Shown here: positions 52,438 through 63,728 of the stretch, piece by piece
How the letters are laid out: each line of letters begins with the position of its first letter
Position numbering within the stretch: position 1 is the stretch's first letter
Origin: Escherichia coli
Lineage (GTDB): Bacteria; Pseudomonadota; Gammaproteobacteria; Enterobacterales; Enterobacteriaceae
DNA length: 64,000 nucleotides
NCBI RefSeq assembly: GCF_024298765.1
Contig: NZ_CP101212.1
Reading direction: 5' to 3' (one strand)
Notes under the pieces: generated by a model
The model's input: the letters and a program-made list of their open reading frames with translations, nothing else
Told to the model about the DNA's origin: nothing
Databases searched by the model: none
Translations under genes and position numbers: made by a program

Positions 52438-54246
52438 TTACTGTCCTGCCTGTTTCAGCTGGTCAGCAATCTGCTCTTTCACTTTCTGCGTCAGAACGCC
52501 ACTGTCCGGGATTTTCTGGTTATTCATCAGGTCTTCGTAGAAGTTAGTGAAATCCAGTCTGTTGAACTGAATTTTCTGCAGCTCATCAACCGTAATCCCC
52601 CGACAGTCAGGATGCTTCGCACTACCAAAACTGATACGCAACTGACCGTTGCGCCCCTGCTGCTGGACTATCTGCGCCAGCTTCGAATCAAACTGACAGT
52701 AGCTGCGTTTTTTCTCCAGACAGACACCCAGCACTTTCTTCGAACAGAACTCCCCGACGCTGACGGTCAGTTTGTTTGATTTTGCTTTAGCCAGGGCCTT
52801 TTCATCACTGCTGCATTTGGCCAGCCCGATATCCTGTCCCCAGCCGCTGTCCTTACAGCAGTTGCTGTATCCGGCTGCAGCCTTCTTACAAAATTTCGCC
52901 TGACCGGTGAAAGCACGGACATCCCCCCCGTTCAGCGCCGCAACATCCTTACCTGCTGCGGCCAGTGCCGCCAGCTGAGAAACGGCTTCGGCAAAATCAT
53001 TACTCTGCCCGCTCTGAGCCTTATCGCATTCGCCATCGAGACAGAATACGTCTCCCCCACAGACCATCACTTTCCCGGATGTTTTTGACTCACAGGAGTA
53101 CGTGGCATATTCATGCAGACAGGCACCTTCTTCGGAGTAAAAGGCACACTGGTGTGACACCAGGGTACAGGCAGGATTGTCGGTGTAGGTCTGACAGGTT
53201 CCCTTGTCTGCTGACTGCGTGACATACGTGTCCCGGTATGCCCAGCAGCTCTGGTACATGCTGTATGACTGACCGTCTTTCACCAGCGTCCTGTTCCCGC
53301 CAGCCTCCGTACATTCTGTTTTTGTCAGTTTCCCCTGCTCCTTGCTGAACGGGCAGCTTTCAGACCAGACAACATACGGGGTGTACGAGGCTTTTTTTAC
53401 CCTGACAACCAGACGCAGCTTCATTGCCGTATGACGTTTGAATTTTGTATTCCCGACCCGGACGGGGTGAGATGACGTAAAAGCCACACCGGCAGTCAGT
53501 GTTTTCTGTACTGGTGTAAATGAGGCATCTGCTGAGTATTTGGCATTCCAGCTCAGTGGGGTTCCCAGTACTGTAATTGTCATAGGTACACTCTTCTGCA
53601 AGTAAGTACGACTCCAGCTGTAATGCGCATCGACAATTTCACCGGTAACGGGAGAGGTAATGGAGACAACATACTGACCATTCACTTCACGTGCAGGTAG
53701 CTGACTCATTTCATACTCCAGCGTCCGGGTTTCCCATGTGGTACTCCCCTGCAGCTCCATACGGGCAGTTCGTGTGCAGTACTGCTCCACCTGTAAATCC
53801 CGCTCACAGGTGTAATTCGTGTATTCACTCCTGCTAATCTCCTGCGCACTGCACTGCTGCCCGGTGTTTCCCACAATGCTGTCAGCCCGGTTCACCACAT
53901 CCCTGCCGGTCTGGATAAACGGTGCATCCGGTGAAAGAATGTCTTTCGGCTTGTTCATGAATGACTCTGTAATGGTTTTTCCGGTTTCACCGGTCGCCCA
54001 TTCCGTGGTGCCGTCATTTTTCAGGCCGCCATCCCCGCCGGCAGTCACGCCACCGTAATATTTTGTCTCGTCCGGATTCGCGTTATAGCCGGGGATACTC
54101 TCCTGTGGCTTAAAGCCCTGAATACTGCTGCTTCCCTGCCCTTTGATCTGGTGAGCAAAATCAGAACCGGCCCGGTAATCACTGTTGCTGTCAGCCTGTG
54201 CCATGCCGGCAACCAGAGCCAGTATCAGAGGTAAAATACGTTTCAT
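52438..54246 (-). CDS. traN: Mating-pair stabilisation outer-membrane protein TraN
   Basis: 602 aa, Cys-rich. Confidence 0.93.
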   Translation of the reverse strand: MKRILPLILALVAGMAQADSNSDYRAGSDFAHQIKGQGSSSIQGFKPQESIPGYNANPDETKYYGGVTAGGDGGLKNDGTTEWATGETGKTITESFMNKPKDILSPDAPFIQTGRDVVNRADSIVGNTGQQCSAQEISRSEYTNYTCERDLQVEQYCTRTARMELQGSTTWETRTLEYEMSQLPAREVNGQYVVSITSPVTGEIVDAHYSWSRTYLQKSVPMTITVLGTPLSWNAKYSADASFTPVQKTLTAGVAFTSSHPVRVGNTKFKRHTAMKLRLVVRVKKASYTPYVVWSESCPFSKEQGKLTKTECTEAGGNRTLVKDGQSYSMYQSCWAYRDTYVTQSADKGTCQTYTDNPACTLVSHQCAFYSEEGACLHEYATYSCESKTSGKVMVCGGDVFCLDGECDKAQSGQSNDFAEAVSQLAALAAAGKDVAALNGGDVRAFTGQAKFCKKAAAGYSNCCKDSGWGQDIGLAKCSSDEKALAKAKSNKLTVSVGEFCSKKVLGVCLEKKRSYCQFDSKLAQIVQQQGRNGQLRISFGSAKHPDCRGITVDELQKIQFNRLDFTNFYEDLMNNQKIPDSGVLTQKVKEQIADQLKQAGQ

Positions 54247-54884
54247 TTCCCGGAATCTCCTTTCCCTGCCAGTAAATCATGAGCCACCTGCCGGCAGTCA
54301 CCCGTGGCGGCCACTTTCTCCAGCGCCTGGCCGACCCGCAGGTTTCCCCGGATGATGTCGTATCCCTGACTGCAGAACACCACCAGTGCCGGTACAGTGC
54401 GAATGCCGTACTGTGAAAACAGCGTCGGGTCGATCTGAACACCATCAGTCGCTCCGTCTTTCACCAGGGACAACACAGCTTCAGCGGTGGTCTTCAGGTC
54501 ATTGTTCACCATGCCCCGCAGTGTGGCCGGAATACCGTAGTGCCGGGTTTCGCCCAGCATTCGTTTCAGCCCCTCTTCGGGAATGGAAAACGACACAAAA
54601 TACAGAGCACCCTGCCGGGGTTTCCCGTCCTGCGAAGCCTGCTGTTTACGAACCAGCTCATCCAGGAAATGGTTATCTGAACGCTGAAGGGGGGTTTCCA
54701 GCACCTGTTTCTCCGCCCAGGCTTTCAGCTGATGGTCAGGTTTTTCACGCAGTTGTCTGCTTAAATTTTCCTGCTGCTTCAGGAACTGGCGGTTTTCAGG
54801 AGTGTTCACGTTTTCTGACGCCATAACCGCCCCGTTCAGCATCATCAGCAGTGCTGCCAGAGATTTCATACTCAGCTTCATCAT
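54243..54884 (-). CDS. trbC: TrbC
   Basis: 213 aa. Confidence 0.88.
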   Translation of the reverse strand: MMKLSMKSLAALLMMLNGAVMASENVNTPENRQFLKQQENLSRQLREKPDHQLKAWAEKQVLETPLQRSDNHFLDELVRKQQASQDGKPRQGALYFVSFSIPEEGLKRMLGETRHYGIPATLRGMVNNDLKTTAEAVLSLVKDGATDGVQIDPTLFSQYGIRTVPALVVFCSQGYDIIRGNLRVGQALEKVAATGDCRQVAHDLLAGKGDSGK

Positions 54885-54889
54885 TCACC

Positions 54890-55882
54890 TCACAGGAAGA
54901 CACAGTTACGTTTACGCCACATCAGGTAGCCGAAGTTTTTCTTTGTGTTGGGCGGATTTTTCCCGGTTTCCCAGCGGGTCACGCTGCGCCCGAACGGGTG
55001 GCACTGCCCGCTGTCCGGATACATATTCACCATCTGGTAACGCCAGCGTTCTTTGGGCAGGATTGGGGACGGATATTCATTACAGACGGCGTTATTTTTC
55101 CCGATGGTTTCCATAATCATGCCCTGACGGTGCAGCTTGAACGCCATGCGTTCACTGACCAGCAGGGAGGACTGCAACGGACTGGACTCATTACTCACCC
55201 AGCCATTGAACGGGTACATACTTCCCTGCGAACCGGCACACCAGAACAGAACATCGAGAGGCATATTAAAGGCGCTGGCAATCGCATCTGCTGCGCAGGC
55301 TCCCTGTGCTATCGGATTGGCAAAGATGACAGCTTCCGGATTGAGAATGGTGGTCAGGCTGCTGTCCGTCCAGGTGGGGTCGATTTCAGAAAGATAAGCG
55401 ATATCCAGGTCACCACCTTCCAGACAGCCCAGCGATGTGATGATGTTCAGCCAGTACGTCAGCGGGTATTTGTACCAGTGAACGTGATAGAACGCCCCAT
55501 TTACCTGCTTCTCATCCTTTTTCGCCGTTCCCTGTGCCGTTTTACCAAAAGCCGGCAGGCTGAAGCCCAGGTTCACCATGCATCCCGGTGACCGGGTGAC
55601 GTCCGTCAACGCCATCGGCTCCCAGTAACCAATGGCCAGCCCGATACGCCTGAACAGCGGCGGCGGTGCCGGACAAATCTGAATGGGCATCGACGGGTTC
55701 GCCGTGTCGGGGACCTTACCCTGACTGACTTTGATACTGCCCAGCGAGAGCGGGAAAATACAGCTCCAGCAGATATCTGTGATCGGGTTTACAAAACGCC
55801 CCTCACAGGCAGAATCCGCAGACGCCGCAGGGACATGACCGGCGAAAAGGAATAACATCAGCAGCCACAGCCTTCGCTTCAT
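54890..55882 (-). CDS. traU: TraU
   Basis: 330 aa. Confidence 0.93.
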   Translation of the reverse strand: MKRRLWLLMLFLFAGHVPAASADSACEGRFVNPITDICWSCIFPLSLGSIKVSQGKVPDTANPSMPIQICPAPPPLFRRIGLAIGYWEPMALTDVTRSPGCMVNLGFSLPAFGKTAQGTAKKDEKQVNGAFYHVHWYKYPLTYWLNIITSLGCLEGGDLDIAYLSEIDPTWTDSSLTTILNPEAVIFANPIAQGACAADAIASAFNMPLDVLFWCAGSQGSMYPFNGWVSNESSPLQSSLLVSERMAFKLHRQGMIMETIGKNNAVCNEYPSPILPKERWRYQMVNMYPDSGQCHPFGRSVTRWETGKNPPNTKKNFGYLMWRKRNCVFL

Positions 55883-56511
55883 TTTCTGCCCTCCTCTGCC
55901 GGAATAAATTCCACCTTCAGGAAGCGATCGCCGGGAACGGCGCTCACCCGTGCCGGGACCTGATCAATGCCGAGGCGCTGGCAGAGCACACCGTTCTGGT
56001 CAAAGTAAACACGGCTGTCCAGAGACTTCTGCATCTCCGGGATACTGCCCTGCACGAGGATAATTTTGCTCTCCAGTGTGGGCGGCGTCTGGCGTTTCAT
56101 CCAGGCCACCTGCGCCGGATCATCGCCATTGATGAAATACAGCGTCTGGTTAAAAGGAACATACTGCAGCGGATTCATCACTTCACCCTGACGGGCAAAC
56201 ACCCGCCCTTCGTTATCCCGGATATCCGCAGCCAGTCTGACGGACGGGTCAAACAACCGGCTGCCGTATTTCTCCGTGCGTCCGATACCGGGCACGGCAG
56301 GGGGCCGCAGACTGTTGCGGATCACCCGCTCCTTAAAGGCATCCATTTTCCGGCCCATCTCACCGGACTGCTCCAGTGCCGTCAGGCGCTGCATGATCAC
56401 CGTCAGCATGTCCGGCTCCTTTACCGGCCACAGATCGCCCCAGGTACCAAGATCGGCGGCGGCCACACTCTGCCCCCATATCAGCAGGGCAATCAGCCCC
56501 CGGCATCTCAT
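55879..56511 (-). CDS. traW: TraW
   Basis: 210 aa from MRCRGLIALLIWG. Confidence 0.9.
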   Translation of the reverse strand: MRCRGLIALLIWGQSVAAADLGTWGDLWPVKEPDMLTVIMQRLTALEQSGEMGRKMDAFKERVIRNSLRPPAVPGIGRTEKYGSRLFDPSVRLAADIRDNEGRVFARQGEVMNPLQYVPFNQTLYFINGDDPAQVAWMKRQTPPTLESKIILVQGSIPEMQKSLDSRVYFDQNGVLCQRLGIDQVPARVSAVPGDRFLKVEFIPAEEGRK

Positions 56512-56894
56512 GGTTCCGCCCTCATTCGCCGGGCAATATCCTGCTGGATTTCCCGGGTGATATCCGGTGCCCCCTGTACCACAGCAGGCGACACCAGAAT
56601 GACCGCGTGGTGTTTCTGCTGCCACGCCTGCAGGCTGGCTTCCAGTGCCGTGTTAAAACGCGCTGAAAGGGCTTTTGACTGCGCTTCTGACAGTTGTTTC
56701 TGACTGGCTCTGTCAAAAAACGCATCCACGGTCTGTTTCATGTTGAAGGCGACAGTCACCGGTGCGTTCAGTCTGACAATGCCGTAACTGACGGCTGCGT
56801 TCAGTAACACCATTGCCAGGCATCCCGGCACCGTCCACCACCAGTGGCTGCGTCGTTCTGCCATGACGTCGGCGGGTTTCTGCGTTGAACTCAT
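56508..56894 (-). CDS. trbI: TrbI
   Basis: 128 aa. Confidence 0.85.
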   Translation of the reverse strand: MSSTQKPADVMAERRSHWWWTVPGCLAMVLLNAAVSYGIVRLNAPVTVAFNMKQTVDAFFDRASQKQLSEAQSKALSARFNTALEASLQAWQQKHHAVILVSPAVVQGAPDITREIQQDIARRMRAEP

Positions 56895-59518
56895 GCCACA
56901 CTCCTGTATTTCTCATGTTCTTCCAGCCAGGCTTCCAGCGAAGCCATTTCCGGCCCTGACTTCTTCCACGCCAGCTGCCACACTGCCTCATGAATACTCA
57001 GCCCCTCTTTACGCTTCTGCTGCACAAACTCAAAATCCGGGCCGTCAGAGCTGTACATGGCGCGGCTTAACGGGTCCACAAACAGACGGTGCCAGGAGGA
57101 ATGGTTTTCCACCTGCAGCAGGAAGGAACTGAACCACTGGTCTTTGGCCGCACCAAACTTACCAATCATGTCGCGCTGCAGTGGCAGGAACTGGTCCGGA
57201 TACAGTTGGTTGTATTTCGCGAACTCCTTCGCACTCTGTTTGAGGATAATTTTGTAGGAGGAGTTACCCCATGCCGCGCGGGCAGCACTGGAGGCCTTAT
57301 CAGAGTCAAAGTCGACGATGTTCTGTGTGATGGTGATATAGGCACCGGTATGACGGCGGGCCGTACGGTAGCCTTTCTCAATAAATTCACCGACCTTGTG
57401 ATTTTTGAAGTCCAGCAGACGCCAGCCTTCATCAATAACGTTCAGTTTCTTGAGGTTACGCGGCGTGCGGTACATCCTGTTCTCGATGTAGATAATCAGG
57501 GAGAACATCACCGCAACCAGCAGTGACGGACGGTCTTCCAGTCCGCCCAGCTCCAGCACCACCATTTTTGCGTCATCCCGCAGGGACGGCTCATCAGAGT
57601 TAAAATACTGGCCGTAAGTGCCGTTGGCAGTGTACTGGTCAAGCAGCACAATCATTTCGTCCAGACGGCTGCGGATAGTCGGTGACTCGGCATACTGCTC
57701 GCTGTCACTGGCGTTTTTCAGGAAATCCACCACGTCATCAATACGTGCTCTGTTCTCTTTGGCCAGCCAGGAGGCTCTGACCGCCTGCAACAGCAGACCT
57801 TCATGCACTTCATCCAGGTTACCGTTGGGGCTGGCCATCACTGACAACTGGTCACGGACACGCTCCGCTGACTGGTCAATATCGGTGATGTTCGCAAACG
57901 GGTTAAAACGCAGGGTTTCACCGTCCAGATACACCCCGCCCATGTTCTCACACAGGGACTTGTATCCATCCCCCATGTCGAACACCACGGCAAAGCCTCC
58001 GGAGTCCAGCACGCTGCGGATAAGTGGCTGTATCAGCCCGGTTTTACCGGCCCCGGAGGTGCCACAGACCGCCATGTTGTAGTTGGTGTTATTCATCCCC
58101 CGGAAGAAAATATCGATAAACGCCAGCTGGTTACGGTAGGTGGGTGCCAGCAGACCTGCCGGTGTCAGGGGGTTATCCGCCACTAACGGCATCAGGTTGG
58201 CAACATTAAAGCTCTCTGCGCGCTGAACCACTCCGGCCTCTTTCAACTGTTTAAACAGCCCTTTCCCGGCCATAAAGGGCAGGCAGGTCAGGAAATTGCG
58301 CATGTGGTTAAAGCGCGGTGAAATCAGCTCAAAACCGTTTTTACGAAAGCTGTTCAGGATGTCCTGCTCCACTTCCAGCGCCGTTTCATTATTGTCCTTG
58401 CAGAATGCTGTGATGTTGAGGAAGTAGGACACCACGGAGGACTGACCGGAGCCCAGCCGCTGACGCAGTTCCCCCCACTCCTTCGCCTCTTTCTCCACGG
58501 ACGGAAACCATTTGGCATAGGAGGTCTTCGACTTTTTCTCCAGGTCCATGTACTTCAGGTTGGCTTCGCTGTGGGTTTTCACCTGGTCTTCCACCACCAG
58601 AGTCAGCGTCAGGATGAACGGACAGGAGATGGACAGTTCCGGGTTCAGCAGGTTGCTGTAGTTGTCGGCCACGTTCCACAGGAAGGCGATTTCCGGGTTA
58701 CGGGCCAGATGGAAATTCAGGATGCGGGCCGTGCTGTTCCTGCCGTTCTCACGCAGGCCCAGCGTCAGGTAATCAGCCCGGACTTTCAGATCAAAACTGT
58801 CCTCCACACACTGATAATTCAGATCAGAATACGGGTCCAGCTGACGTCTTTTCGGGTACAGGGAGTCCGGGTTATGGTTAATCATCTCCCCGACAATATC
58901 GATAAAGGCCTGTGCATCCACCGTCTGTGTGGTGATACTGGCCCCCTGTAACGACGCCCGGATGATTTTCACCAGGTTTTCCATTTCCAGAATGTCGGCC
59001 CGGCTTTTTTTCTTCGAAGGAGAACAGTACGAGATAAACACCCGGTAATGGCGCAGGGTCAGGGGCAGATTCATCCCCTCCGGCAGCGGAAACTGTGTCG
59101 CTGCCGCTTTCATATAATAGGCCCGGGTAATGGCGTTAAACCGTTCAGCCTGTTCACCTGACCAGGAGAACTCACGCAGCCCGTATTCAATCCTGTCACC
59201 AACCAGCTGACTGGACATCAGATGGATACACAACGGAATACCGCGCGGCAGTTTGGTGCGCAGCATGTGATCGAGGGCCTCCACAATGGACTCATTCGCC
59301 CCATTGATGGGGATGGCTTCCAGCATAAAGCCCATCGTGGTGTCATTCATGAACAGACCGGATTCCTGGTTGTAATCACGGTACGGCAGCAGACGGCTGA
59401 ACTGCGGGAAGCTCATTTCGCCCAGAACTTCATTGGCCTTTGCGGATTCGTCAGGCAGTTTCAGTGCTGTGACGAGGGAGTTAACCGCCTGAGTGACGGC
59501 CTCAAGTGGGTTATTCAC
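56891..59518 (-). CDS. traC: VirB4-like ATPase TraC
   Basis: 875 aa; Walker A GTSGAGKT. Confidence 0.95.
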   Translation of the reverse strand: MNNPLEAVTQAVNSLVTALKLPDESAKANEVLGEMSFPQFSRLLPYRDYNQESGLFMNDTTMGFMLEAIPINGANESIVEALDHMLRTKLPRGIPLCIHLMSSQLVGDRIEYGLREFSWSGEQAERFNAITRAYYMKAAATQFPLPEGMNLPLTLRHYRVFISYCSPSKKKSRADILEMENLVKIIRASLQGASITTQTVDAQAFIDIVGEMINHNPDSLYPKRRQLDPYSDLNYQCVEDSFDLKVRADYLTLGLRENGRNSTARILNFHLARNPEIAFLWNVADNYSNLLNPELSISCPFILTLTLVVEDQVKTHSEANLKYMDLEKKSKTSYAKWFPSVEKEAKEWGELRQRLGSGQSSVVSYFLNITAFCKDNNETALEVEQDILNSFRKNGFELISPRFNHMRNFLTCLPFMAGKGLFKQLKEAGVVQRAESFNVANLMPLVADNPLTPAGLLAPTYRNQLAFIDIFFRGMNNTNYNMAVCGTSGAGKTGLIQPLIRSVLDSGGFAVVFDMGDGYKSLCENMGGVYLDGETLRFNPFANITDIDQSAERVRDQLSVMASPNGNLDEVHEGLLLQAVRASWLAKENRARIDDVVDFLKNASDSEQYAESPTIRSRLDEMIVLLDQYTANGTYGQYFNSDEPSLRDDAKMVVLELGGLEDRPSLLVAVMFSLIIYIENRMYRTPRNLKKLNVIDEGWRLLDFKNHKVGEFIEKGYRTARRHTGAYITITQNIVDFDSDKASSAARAAWGNSSYKIILKQSAKEFAKYNQLYPDQFLPLQRDMIGKFGAAKDQWFSSFLLQVENHSSWHRLFVDPLSRAMYSSDGPDFEFVQQKRKEGLSIHEAVWQLAWKKSGPEMASLEAWLEEHEKYRSVA

Positions 59519-59677
59519 ATGAATTCCTTAGTTGAAAAATAAAGCGAGAAATGCGGTAGCCATGAAGGGAATACCTGTAATTAACGCGCCATTTCCCGGC
59601 GCATATACAAAGATTTCTGTTTTCTGAATATCCACTCATGTTCATCCGGAATTAAATCACTATGTTCTGCGACTGAC

Positions 59678-59899
59678 TTATGCATAATGTTTTCTCTGTC
59701 TTTCCTGATACGCCTGACATTCAACGCACAACGTCACACCGGGAAATATTTTCCGCCGGGCTTCCGGAATAGGATTTCCGCATGCTTCACAGAGATAAAC
59801 AGGAATACCATGAGCATTTATTTTCTGGCGTATCCGGTTTATTCCTGTCATGGTCAGTTGTTCTGTCACTGAATATGCTTCATCGGCTTCATCACTCAC
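59678..59899 (-). CDS. traR: TraR (DksA/TraR zinc-finger family)
   Basis: 73 aa; CxxC...CxxC. Confidence 0.9.
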   Translation of the reverse strand: MSDEADEAYSVTEQLTMTGINRIRQKINAHGIPVYLCEACGNPIPEARRKIFPGVTLCVECQAYQERQRKHYA

Positions 59900-60033
59900 G
59901 GAATATTCCTCCCGACATGTTCTGACACGCTACCGCCCATCCCTTTTCACGCACAGGGCACTCGTTTTACAGGCAGATTTTGAATACAGAAAGCCCGCCG
60001 GCATTGCCGGCTGATATACAACTTCAGGGCCAG

Positions 60034-60549
60034 TTAATTAATACGTGGTTTTCCCCACGCAGACGGTTTAATAACAAAAAACACGCTGGATGGCTGATGA
60101 TAAACATCCTGGTTATCAATATAAGGCGCTATCCATAATGCTGCCGTCTGCTCACCCGTTCTTAGCGGACGAGGAGGTGTTACCGGCGTAACTGAACTGA
60201 CCGGAACAACCGTTTTCACTTCCCGGGCAGCGGTAAACAGCGGGCGAGGTGCCAGCAGTTTCTGCTCCGGATGTGCTGTCACCGCAGGTCTGCTGCCGGA
60301 CGGAGTGGTCGCGGTGACGGTCTGCACCGGCATTGTCCGGAAGTTCCCTTCAGCCAGGCGCGGCAGTGATGCCGCAACCGGCTTTGCTTCTGAGGACTGC
60401 TCCAGTTTTTTGGCCTTCTCATTGGCCTGCTCCATCGTCATACAGGTATCGGATGTGGTGGCGTTACACTCAAATTCCGTACTGGTTCCGGCACAGCCGG
60501 AAAGTAATAAGGTCCCCAGCAGAGGAATAAAGAAAGAAATCTGTTTCAT
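60034..60549 (-). CDS. traV: Lipoprotein TraV
   Basis: 171 aa; lipobox LLSGC. Confidence 0.92.
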   Translation of the reverse strand: MKQISFFIPLLGTLLLSGCAGTSTEFECNATTSDTCMTMEQANEKAKKLEQSSEAKPVAASLPRLAEGNFRTMPVQTVTATTPSGSRPAVTAHPEQKLLAPRPLFTAAREVKTVVPVSSVTPVTPPRPLRTGEQTAALWIAPYIDNQDVYHQPSSVFFVIKPSAWGKPRIN

Positions 60550-60797
60550 TGTCCCTCACCTTTCTCATCGCAGTTCACAAAATCCTTCTTCAAATCCCTG
60601 ACCGTACAGGTTTTTACAATGTCAGGATTTTCAAAAACCGTACTCCGTGATGATTTATAAACATATGCCACAATGCGTTTCCCACCCGCATCAGGTTCTG
60701 GTGCACTGACTTCACATAACGGAGGTGTTATTCCGGACTCATACAGCACCGGATAATTTATTTTTTTGACGCTGCCATCAGAAACCAGCTTATTCAT
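60546..60797 (-). CDS. trbG: TrbG
   Basis: 83 aa. Confidence 0.8.
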   Translation of the reverse strand: MNKLVSDGSVKKINYPVLYESGITPPLCEVSAPEPDAGGKRIVAYVYKSSRSTVFENPDIVKTCTVRDLKKDFVNCDEKGEGQ

Positions 60798-60808
60798 CGA
60801 AGGGTTCC

Positions 60809-61006
60809 TTATATTTCTGAATTCTTCATCACACCGACAGCAGTCATATTAAAATTGTCCGGCAATGACTCAGAACCGAATTTCTCCGGTGCAGGAAGTA
60901 CGATTCTTGTGGCGCAGTTACTGAGAACAGCATGCATAAAATCATCTGACACGGTTTTACCCGGCACAGAGAGGGCTGTAATAACATTAATATTACGCAT
61001 GTTCAT
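60809..61006 (-). CDS. trbD: TrbD
   Basis: 65 aa from an internal ATG overlapping the traP end. Confidence 0.7.
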   Translation of the reverse strand: MNMRNINVITALSVPGKTVSDDFMHAVLSNCATRIVLPAPEKFGSESLPDNFNMTAVGVMKNSEI

Positions 61007-61586
61007 TTTTATCTCCGTTGTTTCTGTTTGTTCTGTCATCAGGAAGATAAACAGGGCATTTCCTGATTTTTCCCGGCAGGGAAGCGTCTTCCGTATAAAC
61101 TTCCTTCAGATGTTCATCTGCGGTTACCACCCGGATACATTTCATTTTTCCGGGTCGCACCGGATATTTCCCGGTGATCGCTGCCAGCGAGACATACATC
61201 AGTGCCAGTGTTGCCCATAATGCGGTGACCAGTTGCATCAGTGACCGGTCAGTCTCCCTGACATAATCTGCAGCATCAGCCGCGCGGTAATGGCAGATAT
61301 CCTGTATTTCTGATCTGCCTGAAGAATCAGAGGAAGAAAACCAGCATTCACTGACCGGGAACTGTCCGGCAGGTGCTGTTTGTCTTACGAAGTTAATCTC
61401 CTTAACCAGTAATTTCCCCGGCGTGGTGTTGTCCTTCCATAAAACAAACAGAGCCATCAGGGCCATTGTGGCCAGTGGCAGAATGACGGTGTACTTCAGA
61501 CACCAGAACAGTCCTCGCAGAACCCGGGCGACAACATACCGGGCGGCATGGCCCGCCTGACGGGACGACGTATTATTTGCCATCAT
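60993..61586 (-). CDS. traP: TraP
   Basis: 197 aa. Confidence 0.88.
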   Translation of the reverse strand: MMANNTSSRQAGHAARYVVARVLRGLFWCLKYTVILPLATMALMALFVLWKDNTTPGKLLVKEINFVRQTAPAGQFPVSECWFSSSDSSGRSEIQDICHYRAADAADYVRETDRSLMQLVTALWATLALMYVSLAAITGKYPVRPGKMKCIRVVTADEHLKEVYTEDASLPGKIRKCPVYLPDDRTNRNNGDKNEHA

Positions 61587-63000
61587 TGCCCCCTCCCTGA
61601 CTGCCGGACATAAACTGCTGCGGATTCAGGTTGCCCAGCTGCTTCAGCATCTGGTCAGTATTAAAGCCGTTAAGATGACTTTCAGCTGATGGCGGAACAG
61701 GAACCGGACTTTCCGGATTGTCTTCTTCCGCTCTGCTCTGCGTGCGTTCCAGCGCCATCTCTTCCACGGTTTTCAGCTGGAAGCCGTCCTGGAACACCAC
61801 GGTCACTTCGTTGCCCGCACCAATCGGTATCACCGGGTGATACTGTTCGGCACGTTTGATGTAGTAGTCACTGAGCGTCTGTGCGGCTTTCGATGCGCCG
61901 CCACCGATACCCATTTTAAGGACATCGCCGGCCCCGTAAGCAGCAGTGGCACCCAGCCCGACAGCCGGCTGGGAGGCGCGCTCCATTCCCTGACCGATAC
62001 CGTCAACAAATCCCGCGCCCCATGCCCAGCCGAGGATTTTGCCGTTACGCATCACCACTTCGCCCTTGATACCGTTTTTACCCCGGAAGCTGACATGCCC
62101 CTTAATCGGCATATCAATAGTTTTGCCGTCCTTCAGGCAGCTGATATTGCGGGTACGTACAATGGCACGCTCACTGGACACATCCCCCCAGGCTTCCAGA
62201 CCAACAAAACATCCCGTTGCGTCATACGTCTTGCTGTTCGGCATTTCCACCAGGCCGGTGATACGCAGCTGCATCGGCACCGTGGATTCATTACCGGTGA
62301 CAGAGGCATTGGCATCCGCCCCTTCAATCAGCATGGCTTTCGCAAAACTTCCTGACGGAATGTACGGCAGTGATGGTCCCTGTTTTCCCTCATTACGGGT
62401 AAACACCTTACGCTGTATCCGGTTAGGCACCGGCACAGACTGGTACGTCACCTGTGGTGGTGGCGTGACACCATTCCCGGGATAAAACGCCGTCGGCGGT
62501 GGAACAGCAACGCTGCCCTGCGGCGGGAAGGATACGGGGGTGTTTCCTGGCTGTGGTTCGCCTTCCGGGCCGGGCGGTGAGGCAGGCATCTGCGGTACAG
62601 GCTCACCGGTCGCCGTGACGGGATTAGCACCCAGGGCTTTTACCTGCTCTGCCAGGGCGGCATTGTCCTGTCCCAACTTTTCAATACGACGCTGGTCATC
62701 ACCGCGCTGTTTGTTCAGAACATCCAGCTCACGACGGATTTCCTCATACTGCTTCTGCATCTGCGCTGCCGTCACCTGCATCTCGGTGGTGGCATGCTGA
62801 CGCACCTTGTCATCAAAGGTCGTATCCACCACACCGGTCATATCCGGCACAGGCTCCTGTTCAGCCACGGTTTCACCGTTACCGGACATGTCCACATCAG
62901 ACAGATACAGTGCCCCACCAATCGCGGAGGCTGTACCGACAACCACAATCCCCAGCCACAGGTACTGCTTGCGTTTCACAATGGTATTGATACTGGCCAT
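61573..63000 (-). CDS. traB: TraB (VirB10-like)
   Basis: 475 aa. Confidence 0.95.
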   Translation of the reverse strand: MASINTIVKRKQYLWLGIVVVGTASAIGGALYLSDVDMSGNGETVAEQEPVPDMTGVVDTTFDDKVRQHATTEMQVTAAQMQKQYEEIRRELDVLNKQRGDDQRRIEKLGQDNAALAEQVKALGANPVTATGEPVPQMPASPPGPEGEPQPGNTPVSFPPQGSVAVPPPTAFYPGNGVTPPPQVTYQSVPVPNRIQRKVFTRNEGKQGPSLPYIPSGSFAKAMLIEGADANASVTGNESTVPMQLRITGLVEMPNSKTYDATGCFVGLEAWGDVSSERAIVRTRNISCLKDGKTIDMPIKGHVSFRGKNGIKGEVVMRNGKILGWAWGAGFVDGIGQGMERASQPAVGLGATAAYGAGDVLKMGIGGGASKAAQTLSDYYIKRAEQYHPVIPIGAGNEVTVVFQDGFQLKTVEEMALERTQSRAEEDNPESPVPVPPSAESHLNGFNTDQMLKQLGNLNPQQFMSGSQGGGNDGK

Positions 63001-63728
63001 CAGTTGCCCTCCCCGTCACGGATGACATACACATCCATGCGCGCACCTGCCAGTAACTGGCTGGCAGGCTGGCTGAACATCACGGCACGGGTTCCCGGCT
63101 GCCAGAAGTCACTTTCCCGGATATTCAGGGCAGACAGCGTTTTATTTTCCACGGCAAAGCGGACCATCTTCAGGTGATTCCCCGTCCATACGGCATCTGC
63201 CACTGAAGACAGCCCCGCCGGGGCCTGCAGGGTTTCCTTTGTCACTGGGACCTGATACCAGCCTGCGGGTAATTTTCCGCCACGGACGGCCTGGCTGATG
63301 GTCACAAGCAGGGATTCGTAAGGCGTGGACGTTTCCCACGCACCGGCTTCTTCTCCGGTTCCGCGCAGGTCACTGACCAGCTGAATGGTACGCCCCGCGC
63401 CTTCACGGGGAACGGCCTGAATGGAAAGATTCAGACCACGTTCTGTTTCCAGAATGAACGTAAAGGGCTTTTTGTTGACGGTGGCAACCACCACACCGCC
63501 GGAGGCGGTCTGCTCATTATTGGTCAGGGCACCATCCAGACTGTTCACGGCGATAATCCGGTCACCGGGAACGGTAAACAGATTCGGGCTGGTATTGCTG
63601 ATGGCAATACTGGCCTGACCACCGTTCACCATTGGCACCACGGTGGGGGCCAGCGTACCGTTTGCGGCCATCACGCTGCAGGAAAAAAACAGGCTGCCGA
63701 ATATTATTGCCGTATTATTTTTTCTCAT
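63000..63728 (-). CDS. traK: TraK (secretin-like)
   Basis: 242 aa. Confidence 0.93.
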   Translation of the reverse strand: MRKNNTAIIFGSLFFSCSVMAANGTLAPTVVPMVNGGQASIAISNTSPNLFTVPGDRIIAVNSLDGALTNNEQTASGGVVVATVNKKPFTFILETERGLNLSIQAVPREGAGRTIQLVSDLRGTGEEAGAWETSTPYESLLVTISQAVRGGKLPAGWYQVPVTKETLQAPAGLSSVADAVWTGNHLKMVRFAVENKTLSALNIRESDFWQPGTRAVMFSQPASQLLAGARMDVYVIRDGEGN